Below are positions 51,370-63,185 of a DNA stretch of 64,000 bases, piece by piece. Below the pieces are notes generated by a model. The model saw only the letters and a list, made by a program, of their open reading frames with translations, did no database searches and had not been told where the DNA came from. Source of the DNA: Mobula birostris (taxonomy: Eukaryota); the NCBI RefSeq assembly GCF_030028105.1, contig NC_092394.1, forward strand, positions 21,429,939 to 21,493,938. Direction: 5' to 3'. Position numbers and translations under genes: made by a program. The first letter of the stretch is position 1. Each line of letters starts with the position of its first letter.

Positions 51370-52005
51370 AAACAAATATGAGGTAACGTACTTTGGAAAG
51401 TCAAACTCTGATATATATAAAAAATATATAAAGAGCAGGGACATTGGGAGTGCTGATGCACAGCTGGACCATAACTCACCAGAAGTGGTAACAGGGTAAT
51501 GAAGGTAATAATGGTATCGTTGACACGATAGGCCAATGAATTGAATACAAGAGTCGAGAAGTCAGGCTGCAGCTGTACAAAATGTGGGTTAGACTGCACT
51601 TGGAATATGTCTAGAAGCTTGATTGCTAGACTACAGGAAGGATATGGTAGCAATAGAGGGTACAGAAGAGATGGCATGGAGGGCTGTAGCTATGACAAGG
51701 ATTAGCTGAAGGGTCTTCTTCATTGAGGTTTATAAAATGAAGGACACAGATAAAATAAAAAGACAGAATCTCTTCCCATGCAGGGAAGACTAGAACTAAA
51801 AGGAACAGGTTTAATGCCAAACATGGAGAAGTTTAAAGGAGATCTGAGGCACAAGTTTTCTGGAACGTGGTGCCAGAGGAAACGGCAGAGGCAGATACAA
51901 TTATAATATGTAAAAGGCATTTAGACAGGTGCTTGGATGGGGAACGTGAAAAGGATATCTAACCTAATGCAGATAAATGGAATTAGTGTAATAGGCATTA
52001 TGGCC
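51370..52005 (+). mobile_element. Decayed CR1 3' fragment
   Basis: IEYKSREVRLQLYK..VRLHLEY-like segment; gagaagtttaaaggagatctgagg. Confidence 0.65.
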
Positions 52006-52094
52006 AGACATCTAGGTGGGATTTGAACTCACAACTCCAAGCCACTGGATGCCAGTTCTATGATTTAACCATTTTGTCATTAGTTACAGTACAT

Positions 52095-52422
52095 TACAGT
52101 TAATTGGACCATTGGTTAATTGGGGCAGCCACCTGTTTGGGACAACTCTTAAAGAATGAACACTAATCAGGTTTCCCTTAATTGGGAGAGGGCACCGTTG
52201 CTGAACAGTTTTTAACTAGCGTCAGCCGTGCGCTCTTGTGTGGCTGTTAGAGACACTACACTGTGCTCAGACTGAACAGTGTTTTTTTTAAAAAAGGAAT
52301 AAGTCAGTTGAATGTGCTTGTGTTCAAAATGCATTGATTTTTGAACATTGCTGTTTTGCTACTCCTACTAGGGCCGAAATGTACTGGAGCTGATGTGTCC
52401 CAATTAATCGTAATCCACTGTA
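52095..52422. mobile_element. Tigger/TcMar-like MITE
   Basis: TA-CAG start and CTG-TA end, with sub-terminal ttaattggg / cccaattaa inverted motifs. Confidence 0.45.
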
Positions 52423-53150
52423 CTGAAACTTCAAGTTATGAATTGAATTTAGTCTAACTTTTAAATGTGCAGCTAATAGACACAATTAAAAAATAACAAT
52501 TATGTTTAGTTTACAAAGTATAATTACAGAGCAAACTTGCTTCCTAGACTAAACTCAAAAACTCAAGATTTCAGGAAATTTCTAATCATAAATTGATAGT
52601 TCAACCAATTTTCAAAATAAAATGCTATCCTTGCAAAATATCAAAGATAAACTTTTTTTGCTATCAACATTAATACAATAAAGATGTCTGTGTTTCTTAA
52701 ATGATACAAGTTTTCAGTTATAATAGATATTTTGACAGAATACTGGCTCAGCGCAAACTGACTTCTAGATCAATGGATTTACCAAAAGATACTTTAAAAA
52801 GCGTATATAAATTATACTAGAATGTATTCTGGGACAATAATTCCACAATGCAATGTACAGACCAGTGGTGTACATACGCAAGCAATTCAGAGGTGCACTG
52901 AAAGTCAAAATAAAAATTGCAAGTCTATAATGTCTTCTGTCAGATGAGAGCTCTGAATAAACATAACGCAAGACTGAAAATGCTTTTGAAGGAGAGTCAA
53001 TGTAAAAGCACTATGCTTGCCTTTAGGGACAGGAAATCAAGAGTTTTATTGTGAGATTTAGTGTATTAATACAAACCACTTATTTATCTTACTTACAGTA
53101 ATTCTTGTGTCTTGCACTGTACTACTGCCATAAAACAACACATTTCACAA

Positions 53151-53622
53151 TACAGACTCAGGTAAGGAGTGGAACCTAGTGTGATTTTGCTCCTGCACAT
53201 TACTGTTGTAACACGTGGTTATCTGAATACTGTTGCCTGTCAGTTTGAACCAGTCGAGCCATTCTCCCGACTTCCCTCAGTAACATGCTGCTTTTCTCCC
53301 CCCCACAGAAAAGCCACTCCATGGATTTTTTTTTTGTGAATCACACCATTCTCTGTTTACTCTAGAGACTGTCGTACATGAAAATCCCAGGAGATCAACA
53401 GCTTCTGAGATACTCAAACCACCCCATGTGGTACCAACAATCATTGCACGGTCAAAGTCACTTAGATCACATTTCTTTTCCATTCTGATGTTTGGTCTGG
53501 ACAACAACTAAACCATTTGACCATGACTGCATGCATTTATGCATTGAGTTGCTGCCAAGATTGGCTGATTAGATATTTACATTAACGAGCAAGTTCACCT
53601 AATAAAGTGGCTACTAAATGTA
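53151..53622 (-). mobile_element. Third Tc1 derivative copy
   Basis: ORF 53277..53507 DLSDFDRAMIVGTTWGGLSISEAVDLLGFS; TIR aataaagtggctact..gta. Confidence 0.78.
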
Positions 53623-53754
53623 CATCAGCACTAATAAACGTGATCCTGATTCTAACATATCAGCAATGGGGAATGTTGGGGGAAGGAGCTGAAAACTATC
53701 ATGCAACATTCCAAATTCAAATTAACACCAACGTTATCAAGAAGTTATTAAAGA

Positions 53755-54155
53755 TCATGCTCTTTTCTCACTACCGCCATCGGGAAGGTGGTACACGAGT
53801 CTCAGGAATCACAGCACCAGGTTCAGAAACAGTTATTACCTCTCAATCATCATGTTCTTGAACTAAAGGGGACAACTTCACTCACCCCATCACTGAAAAG
53901 CTCCCACAACTTATGGACTCACTTTCAGGATTCCTCATCTCATGTTCTCAATATTTATTGCTTAATAATTTATTATCAGCTCTTTTAGTATTTGCAGTTT
54001 GTTGTCTTTGCCCACTGGTTGAACGCCCAAGTTGGTGCGGTCTTCCATAGATTCTATTGTGGATTTATTGAGTATGCCTGCATGAAAATTAATCTCAGGA
54101 TTGTATATAGTAATATATATGTACTCTAATAATAAATTTACTTTGAACTTTGATC
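53755..54155 (+). mobile_element. Rex1-type LINE 3' end
   Basis: Matches 5825-6250; tail aataaatttactttgaactttga. Confidence 0.75.
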
Positions 54156-54314
54156 CTCAAGCTTTTCTTCCCAAATGCAACTGATGTTTTTAAGAATACA
54201 TGTAACTGCAGTGTTGGGCACTTCTCTCAGTTCAAATGGACATAATAATGGGCATGATATTAAACACAACCATCATTAAACTTGCTTACAAAGCTAAAGC
54301 CAAGATCATATCCA

Positions 54315-54316
<2 letters not shown>

Positions 54317-54361
<45 letters not shown>
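54317..54361. repeat. (CT)n microsatellite
   Basis: Perfect dinucleotide run of about 45 nt. Confidence 0.95.
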
Positions 54362-54362
<1 letters not shown>

Positions 54363-55631
54363 ATCAGATGGGTTTTGAGCTAAATTCTTGCTGTAAAAGC
54401 ACTCTCAAATAAGAACTCCAATTCCATTTTAAACCAGATTAATTACATCTATAGCTTTATATATATACTAAAAGCATCCTGGGAAACCATTTATTAAACT
54501 TTAAGACTTCAGGCTCAAATTGTTTTGTTCACTCAGATTTACTATAAGAAATAGGAAGTGACAGAGCTGTGAAGCACATGTCAATTCTTTGGAAAAAAAA
54601 ATTCAACCAAATACCCGTGATCTTTGTTTTCTTTGTCTCCAACCTCCCACCACACCCTAAACCTCTTCCCTGTAACGTTTATATATCAGTACAAGTCATA
54701 TGCTTCAATATTTCTGGAATTGACCAAATTCTAAATCTGTTCTTGAGCATTGGTGCTGCTTCTCAAAACCAGAAGCTCTAGAAAATCTAAGGAATCAGAA
54801 CAAATTGCAATAGATCATTTTTCTTTATTGATTACTCTAATTATTTTAACATTACTATCATAGCTTCTGGACAAGATAAAACAGAACGAGTCAGGGAGAA
54901 AACTAATGAAATAAAAACAAACTTTCTGCAACTTTTTGACCATTTGTCTGTCTGCTACAAAGCTCTACTTCATCTCACATTCTACTACGCATACATTATA
55001 TTTAAAATAAGAACAGCATTTATTTACAGGAACAAATAGCTTGTTTATTTTATATTACACTTTTCTACAGCAACCACAAGCCACACCATAGTCTTTTTAC
55101 AGCATAATACCTTCCACAAAAGCGCAAAATATAGAACACATTGAGTACTGCAGGGCACAATGAAAATGGAGGCTGGAGTTTATGGAACTTGCCTGTTTGT
55201 GGTTTGTTCTGAATGAATTAAATTTAAGCCATCTTGGAATTCTATGTTGAGATAGGTCTCCCAAAAGAGACTGAGAATGGGAGACCCTGATTCAAATTGA
55301 AATTCAGTTTGACACTCCCACCCACAGGCAGTGAGTATATGTGGTTGAGGACCGTGCAGACACAAGGTGCCCAGCTAAATGGGAGAGAGGGAAAATCGGC
55401 AGTGGCTCTACCTTGGGTTGCACTGCGGCATTCGGCTCTAGAGTACCATCTGTGGAAGTCGTAGAGATGTACATGGCTGCCCTGCCTGCCGTTCTATCAG
55501 ATCAAATCCAGTATGAGAGACAGCCAGGAGGCAAATAGAGAGAAATTGTGAATCAAGAAAATAAAGAAAAGCAAGACATTGCAGACATGATCAATTAAAA
55601 CCATCTAAAAAATACAAAATGATGCACCTAC

Positions 55632-55832
55632 CTAGCCAGCAAAATGCCCTGGTACTCTTCCAGTTGTCTCATGAAACCAACATTCGGTTTAGTAACTGTG
55701 CGTTTCTCCTTCACATAATTGTAAGCTTCATCCAAATTCCAGCCATATTCTTTCATTGCATATGCAATTACAGTGGATGCAGATCTGCTGATACCCATCT
55801 TACAGTGGACAAGACATTTGGAACCATTTTTC
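55632..55832 (-). CDS. SSH2: SSH2 catalytic exon with HCKMGISRS active-site motif
   Basis: 201 nt, phase 2-2; KNGSKCLVHCKMGISRSASTVIAYAMKEYGWNLDEAYNYVKEKRTVTKPNVGFMRQLEEYQGILLA contains the HCX5R PTP signature. Confidence 0.98.
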
Positions 55833-55963
55833 CTGATGGCGGAAAAATACACAAGCATTTAGAATCAAACTATCCAAAAGCCACAAAAGCAGTTTTGCTT
55901 AAGAACCTAACATATGTACAAAAATATTCAGCAGGCCAGGCAGCATCTCTAGGAAGAGGTACA

Positions 55964-55997
55964 GTCGACGTTTCAGGCCGAGACCCTTCGTCAGGAC
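55964..55997 (-). ncRNA. Minimal type I hammerhead ribozyme motif (sense to SSH2 pre-mRNA)
   Basis: Reverse complement reads GTC CTGACGA AGGGTCTCGGCCT GAAAC GTC GAC. Confidence 0.72.
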
Positions 55998-56031
55998 GTC
56001 CTGACGAAGGCTCTCGGCCTGAAACGTCGAC
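55998..56031 (+). ncRNA. Minimal type I hammerhead ribozyme motif
   Basis: GTC CTGACGA AGGC-TCTCG-GCCT GAAAC GTC GAC: stem I GTC/GAC, CUGANGA, stem II, GAAA, palindromic ACGU in place of stem III, GUC cleavage triplet. Confidence 0.75.
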
Positions 56032-56694
56032 TATACCTCTTCCTAGAGATGTTGCCTGGCCTGCTGCATTCACCAGCAACTTTGATGTGTGTTCCTTGAA
56101 TTTCCAGCATCTGCAGAATTCCTGTTGTTTACAAAAATATTCAGATTATTTTTAAAAATTAGAATGAAGATAATTTTTAACACATTAATAGCTTAGCACC
56201 AAACAGAAGTGTAATTTCTGCAACAACATTTGAGCATCCCCTTTGTAATCAATTAACTCAAACATGCCCTATGGCAACTGTTTACCAAAATTAGGGCTGA
56301 AAAAGAAAGCACGTTTTTACTTTGGCGATTGTTTCTGTACATGATTGATTTTTGATACTCATGACTGAAGCTTGCTTTGAAAACACTTAAGTTTTCAGGA
56401 TTGGAAAATGATTTGCAGCAAAATGATTAAATATCAAAGTGACCAAATTATGCATGTTCTTTAACAGCATAATAAAATGTTATAACTTAAAATTAGACTC
56501 ATTACAATCACACAGGAAGCAAAATTCAGAATTACGAAAACCATATATGATCCAAACCATGCTATAATTAATCTAGATAAGAGCTGGACTTAAAAGTTTT
56601 TAACCAGACTATGTGAATATATTGTACAGAATTTGAAATTTAAAACATAATGGAAACTGCACAACACTGCATAAATTACTTCTAGATTACATAC

Positions 56695-56841
56695 TTTGCT
56701 TTGGAAATGAATTTATATGTATCATTCCAATACGCAAGTAGATCGGTAGCCTCCTCATCATATACTCTTATATTGTGATATTCAAATATTCCAGGGAAAA
56801 AGTTGTCAATTTCACGGGTGATGTTTAAAATGTATCGAATC
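56695..56841 (-). CDS. SSH2: SSH2 exon IRYILNITREIDNFFPGIFEYHNIRVYDEEATDLLAYWNDTYKFISKA
   Basis: 147 nt, phase 2-2, tttag/gtatgt sites; DSP domain including the VYDEE general-acid loop. Confidence 0.97.
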
Positions 56842-57620
56842 CTAAATGGAAATATTAAGAAATAAATATTAGGATTTACCATTGCCTTAAAGTGTAACAT
56901 CTATTCACAAGCACATAGGATGATTTTCAAAATTTTGGAGACTTACTAGGAATTAACAAAGGCAAAATAAGATTACAAAATAAATCACCCAAGTTTTCAC
57001 ATAACTTTTAATTTCTAGTCATTAAATGTGCCTTTAATTATTTTTATCTTACGGCTGTAAGATTATTCAAATGATTTTTTTAAACCCTCTGTTTGTTAGA
57101 AACTTTAAAAAAAATGGCAACAGATTATATTAGAAACACTCAACATGTCAGGCATTCTGACTAAGGGTCCTGGACTGAAAGCTTAATTCTGTCTCCTTTT
57201 TCTTCAGATGTTCCTCAACCTGTTGAGTATTTCCAGTATTTTCTATGTTTTTCAAATTTCTGGCATCTGCGGTTTTCTTGATTTTGGAATGGTTGGCATT
57301 GTGCAAGTGGCCTAAAAGATTCTTAAATATGTAATGTTCAAGGTTACTAGGAATCAAGATTTTTTTTTAAATCCGTGGAATATTGCTCAGAATGATAACT
57401 GAAAAAAATTACATTGTGTAAGTCAAAAAAACAGTTCCTTTATTAAATGTTTTGACAACATGTGCTAATTCTAAAATAAAAGCACAAAATACTATTTATG
57501 AACACATTACACTTGAAGTGTAGTACTTCATACTATATCTCCTTCCATAAACATGGTATTCATTGACATTTGGTTTGGTGGTTGGGGTAAATTTAACACT
57601 TTTTATTCCAGAAAACTTAC

Positions 57621-57667
57621 CCTCTGTTCTGCAAGTCTTCTAAATTGGAAGCATTCCATTCTGAGCC
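57621..57667 (-). CDS. SSH2: SSH2 47-nt exon GSEWNASNLEDLQNR(G), start of dual-specificity phosphatase domain
   Basis: tttttcag acceptor, gtaag donor, phase 0-2; classic slingshot GSEWNASNLE motif. Not in the ORF track. Confidence 0.95.
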
Positions 57668-59625
57668 CTGAAAAACAGAGACAGTTGGCTAACACACAGT
57701 GCTTTCAATCAAAGCAGAAGCAAGCGGCTCTGGTGTAGATGCAAGCTGGTTTTGCGATCCTGAACACTACCATCACCCCTCACCACCACCCCCCCCAACA
57801 CATTTTGCGTCCAAGGTACAGTAATGCATAACAAGCACATTTTTAGTAAAAGGGAGTTGAGTTTTTTGGAAAGTAACACACAAGCATACGAGTCAACTTC
57901 TTACCCAATTAGCAGATTAAAAATTTGACAGCAATATTGTTTTATTACTCCAGCTTACTTTTGCATTCTTTGCATTTTTCCAAGTAAAATCAAACTGCTG
58001 GATGAACTTAGTGAGTGAGTCAAGCAACATCTGTGGAGGCTACAGGATGGTCTTCTTTGCTATCCAGGACCAATGCTGGATTGCGATCTGAAATGACAGC
58101 TATCCTTTACCTCCACAGATACTGCTCAATTCACTGAGTTCGTCCCAGTTTAGTTTGTGCTTCCGATTCCGGTAGTCATTTATGCCTTTTTTCCAATTTT
58201 CCTTCTACTTTAAAAGGATGCCAGTAGACCATTACAATAGGTAATTGGTATGAAAATGATAAGGATAAAGCAGAACTTTCATTTATGAGGCAATATGCAT
58301 CATACAACCCATTACTAATGAGATTACCTACTGAAGGGAGTTTGCTGCTTGTCCTTGTGGAGAAAATGTTTTGATATGGGTAACTTATCATTCAGATAAC
58401 ATAAGGGAACAAAGGTGAACTAGGAGAATATATCCATTTCTGAAGCTACAGAAAGAATACAGAATCTTAGTCCTAAGATGTTTTCCAAATGAACTGACTT
58501 TATGAAAATATGATACAATCATAGATTAAAATGGCCTTTACTGGTAGATATCTGGATTTAGTGTTGATTCCTCTCAAATAAAACCAGACTTCTCTTGACT
58601 GTGAGGCCTCTGCAAAATGCACAGTCATTCAACAAAAGCAGATAGTAGAAGGCTTCATGTTGTGGGACATTAAAAAGGAAACTTAATCAGGGCAGTTCTG
58701 AAATGAATATACTCCATATAAGAATTCACACAGCATCAAGTCACAATGTTAAATCATGAGCTCTTAACTCACTAAAGTAAAAGCAATAATCAGTCATCCG
58801 AGGTGGTAGAAAATTAATCTACATTATACTGCAAAGATATTTAGAACACTTAAAAGTGAATAAATCTACATTTTATCTCTCCTTTAATTGTCTACAACTA
58901 AGGTTACAATATACAATGTGATAGTGTGTCAGCAGAATATACTATAAAGAGACAGAACAGTAATATTTATTTATACAATTTCCTTAACAGAATTAAATAT
59001 CCCCAGCACTTAAGAAGTGCAATCAAAGAAAAAATTGATAGTCAGCACTAATCAAATAGGACAGATTACCAAAATCTTTGGCGATAGAATAGGTATTGAG
59101 GAATATTTCAACAGGAGCAACATAGATTTAGCAGGAGGAATTTCAGATCCTAGGGTCTGAACAGCCGAAGATAAAGTAAGTAATGGTGGAATCATTAAAA
59201 TTGAGGATTAAAACTATTTCCTGTGAAAATTAAGAACAGTTCAGAAAAGAGGAAGGTCATGGTGAAATATTAAAATATGGTCATGGAACTTAAAAACCAG
59301 GAGTCCATATGCATTATTAACCACTTAGGTGAGGTGTGAACAAGATCTGATATAATTTGGAATACAAGCAACAATGTTTTGGAGGAACTCAAGTCTGAGA
59401 TACTGAGCTCTCCCCACAGGACTATTCCCCCATCTCAGATTACCACAAGGTTGATGATGTCAGGGAAAAAAAACAATGAGATTTAAAAGTCAGCAGAAGA
59501 GACCTCTGCTCTAAATGTTCCTCATGTTCTCCCTTTTTAATTCTATACAACCCCCTGGAGAACATTCATTTTTATTATCACAAATGGGTGGAAGGTGAAG
59601 TTAAATTCTGATGAGATGATCCTAC

Positions 59626-59754
59626 CAGATAGACGTGTTCAAATATCTCTGTTGGGTTATCCATCTGCCTCAAGATTACAATCATCTCATTATCAATATA
59701 TTCTTTAAATTCTCTCAAGTTACAGACCATCTGCATTTCCAATTCTGTGCGAAT
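59626..59754 (-). CDS. SSH2: SSH2 exon IRTELEMQMVCNLREFKEYIDNEMIVILRQMDNPTEIFEHVYL
   Basis: 129 nt, phase 0-0, tttcag/gtagg sites; lies within ORF 59578..59769. Confidence 0.96.
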
Positions 59755-60137
59755 CTGAAAAAAATACAATAATTAGCCATTGTAACATATACATTCTATT
59801 TTTCTTTTTTTACTTCCCCCACCGCCACCATCTATCAGCAGAAAAAATACAGGGTTTAAGGACTGTTAATCAGACAAACTAAATTTCTGATTTGGTAATG
59901 CAATACAACTTTATATAGTCCTACTCAGGGTAGTTCTTTCAGGTAAAATTTGCATCTTTTTTTTTTTTTTTCTCTGAGTCTTTAAAAATGAACATTACTG
60001 TGTGGAAATACAATATTCCATGCTGGAAGATATGAGCAGTGATCCTCTTTGTCTTATGATAAAAAAAATGTCAACTAATATATTAATTCAGAACTTTTGA
60101 ATTTTGTTAATTGTTTTTATTAAAGAGGATCACCTAC

Positions 60138-60231
60138 TTCTTTTGATGTGACATTTTCCAGGTCTTGTTGCATCATAATTTCTCGCAGTTTAGTCTTGAT
60201 TAGTCTTTCAGTAAGTTCTCGCTCCGTTGGT
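60138..60231 (-). CDS. SSH2: Slingshot phosphatase SSH2, internal exon (DEK-C-like region), PTERELTERLIKTKLREIMMQQDLENVTSKE
   Basis: AG acceptor (plus ct 60232-33), GT donor (plus ac 60136-37), 94 nt. Translation closely resembles human SSH2 PTERERTERLIKTKLREIMMQKDLENITSKE as recalled. Confidence 0.95.
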
Positions 60232-61169
60232 CTACATTAGTGCAAATGGGAGAAACAATGATCACAGGTAAATTAGGTTTCTCATTTCTTGATTAATCTC
60301 AAATAACAGGTGCTTTGTGAACTTTTTAAAAATATATTATTCCCTTAATTATTCTGGTAATTAATGGGACATTGAAAACATATAAGCTACTAATGGTTTC
60401 AGTAACAAAATTTAACTATTTTTAGAACATTGTCAATACCTTTCCTTCTTTGGACCATTATTTTTCAATAGCTAACTCAAAAAATGCTAAATGCATATAA
60501 TGTGTAAACAAAAAAAAATAGCCACCACCCTGGGCTTGGGAAGAGAGTTCAGAAGCAAATCTCCATTTCTAATCTGTATAAATAAGTTTGCTGAAATGTG
60601 CAAACCAGGTAAGTAAATAATCAGCTGGATTGTTTAGCACAGAATAGATACTGTACATGCATCAGCTCACTGAGGATTTCAACACCTGCACAGTGCTATG
60701 TGAAGGTATAGAACTCGCTGGAACTCAGATGGTGGCATAACTGACCACCTAATCCACCCTGGACTAACCAGTGAAGCTAAAGAAATTCAATAATGTTAGG
60801 AGTTGAGAAGCTGGATATACTTTATATTTGAACCCTCAAGCTTTATGCCGGTCATATTTAGTGTATTTGCTGCACTTTTTGTTCTAATATTTTCTTAAAC
60901 CAAATAAAGGATTTGGCTCTTTGACGTCAAGATGACATTCAGACCCAATATCTGTAAGAGTAAGAACACTCATTGTAACACTACTTGATGCTGTCAAACT
61001 CAATGTGTTAGTTAGCTCCAGGACTGACCTGACTGCTTTAATGTATTGCCTTATCTAAAGGTGCACTATATTCTAGTCACAAATTGTACATATGCTTGTC
61101 CGTCTACGCTATCTCCTGCTTTGAAACTAATATTGTACCTGGTTTGGTTTCTCAACTACATTTATTTTG

Positions 61170-61470
61170 CACCAACAGGTACGGCCTTAAATGCTCTCAG
61201 GGGTTCTCAAATCCTTAACTGATGTATCTTGTGAAGATATGACTCCAGCAGTGTTGAAAATGCAACAGCTGATCTGTGCACAGCAAGGTCAAACAGCCAA
61301 AAATGTGATAATGATTAGATTGTTATTAGTTGAGCGATGGATGTTGGCTTAGAACTAAGTATTTCTGCAGTTATTATAGTAAATAAGCAGATGATATGTC
61401 TGTTTAAACTCTCCTCTTAAAGATTAAAATCTCTAATAGCACAGCCAACCCTCAGTATATCTCAAAGATG
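61170..61470 (-). mobile_element. Ancient Deu-domain SINE relic (SacSINE1/AmnSINE1-like); plus-strand relic at about 62230-62380
   Basis: gcaacagctgatctgtgcacagcaagg..aatgtgataatgattagat resembles the Deu-domain consensus as recalled. Confidence 0.45.
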
Positions 61471-63185
61471 CACGTCTAAAAAACATTCTTCAGGGACCAA
61501 GGTCCAAAACAAAGTGCATACATCACAGACAACACAAAATATTAGCACAATAATATTAACAAATTAAAAAGTATTCTGTAGACATACAAGTTGACATAGT
61601 ACATTGTTAAATAAACAATGGTATACTGCTACTGGCTTTGTCATAAATAATATGTACTAGGTGATAGTAGGGCATTCAGATACAGATCAGACAAGTTTCA
61701 CAACCTGTGGGAAGAAGCTATTACCCAGCATAATAGTCCTTGCTCTTATACTGCGGTTACTGCTGCCTGATGATGGGAGATCAAAGGGATTGTGTGACAG
61801 ATGAGAGGAGGTCCCTGACAAAGCTGAGGATGCTTACAGCTTGTACAGCATCCTGACCTGACAAAAATGCAGGGTGATTTCACTGAAGACCTGGCTGATG
61901 TTGTGCTTTTCCCACTAATATGATGAACTGAATACAGAGGCTTTTGGCCTTCTCCAGGCTGCTCTGGGGATTTGGATCTAAAGACTAAATTTAGTTCGGA
62001 ATGACGTTGTTGTTGCTTGCTTCAATTGTTGGCATGATTTGTTTTGTTTTTTTTCCCCTCTTTCTCTGTGGGTACTGGGTGTTGGTCTTTTTTTAAAATT
62101 GGGTTCTTTTGAGTTCCTTGCTTTGTGACTGCCTGCAAGCAAACAAATCTCAAGGTTGTATAATTTATACATTCTTTGATAATAAATGCACTTTGAAATT
62201 TTGAAGTATATCCCTTAATACACTAGAGAAATTATCATTATTCCCTTAATGTTTAAATACATCTCATTCTTCTGGGAGCTTGTCACTTTTCAAGTAGGTT
62301 ACCAGTATTACTACACCACAGCAATGACAATACTGTAAAATTACTTCACTGACTGCAAGTCAGTTGGAATTATCATAGGCACAGCATAAACATATTTTGA
62401 TCTGAGCATGAACCAGGCCTTAAACCAAAGATCATTATAAATCATTGTCCTGTTTGCTTGGTTAATACATCATATGCCCTGTTCATCCACTGTTGAGTGG
62501 CTTTTAAAATTCCATAAACAAAGTAACTGAGTAAGCATTATACGAAGTTTTCTTCAGTTGCTTTTGATGTGTTACTTTGTGCAGAAATATCTTAACATTT
62601 GAACAGACTGATACTAACTAGTTCAGACGACAGGTTGTCATCTGTGACACTCTACAGATTAGGAAGACTATTTTAACTAACAAAGTAATTGAGCACTATT
62701 GATAGTCAGTGACATGCAGACACTATCCAGCTGCCACCTTATTAGGAAGCTGATAGTATAACACCTTCTGTGGAAAATGAACAGAGAGCTATTGATAAAT
62801 ATGGACAACTTATAGTAGAGTTAATGCTTTAAAACTGCAGTGTTCTGGGTTCCAGATGCAAAATCCTAAAAGGATTGGGAAGATGTCACAGATTAAACAA
62901 ATCAATTCTAATGCTTCAGTATTGCTGGAACATCCAGCAACTTCGGGCACAGAACATTTAACAATGCAGGCCCTTTCTCCTACCATGTTGTGTTGAGCTT
63001 TTAACCTGCTCTAAGAATAATCGAACCCTTCCCTCCTACAGGGTCCTTAATTTTGTTTTCATCTATGTACTTAAGAGTTTCTTTAATGTCCCTAATGTAT
63101 CTGCCTCTACCACCAGGGAATTCCACGCACCCTGACATTCTCCCTATATGCTCCTCCAATCACTTTAACATTATTATCCCCTTTG

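Larger units (their letters stand above)
55917..56144. mobile_element. Penelope-like pseudo-LTR-derived palindromic element with 15-bp TSD
   Basis: TACAAAAATATTCAG at 55917-55931 and 56130-56144; 69-bp inverted arms 55929-56066 centred on GACGTC. Confidence 0.85.

Noticed and set aside
55619-56155. 178-aa plus-strand ORF
   Set aside because: Antisense to the SSH2 exon plus the palindromic repeat; no independent coding signal.
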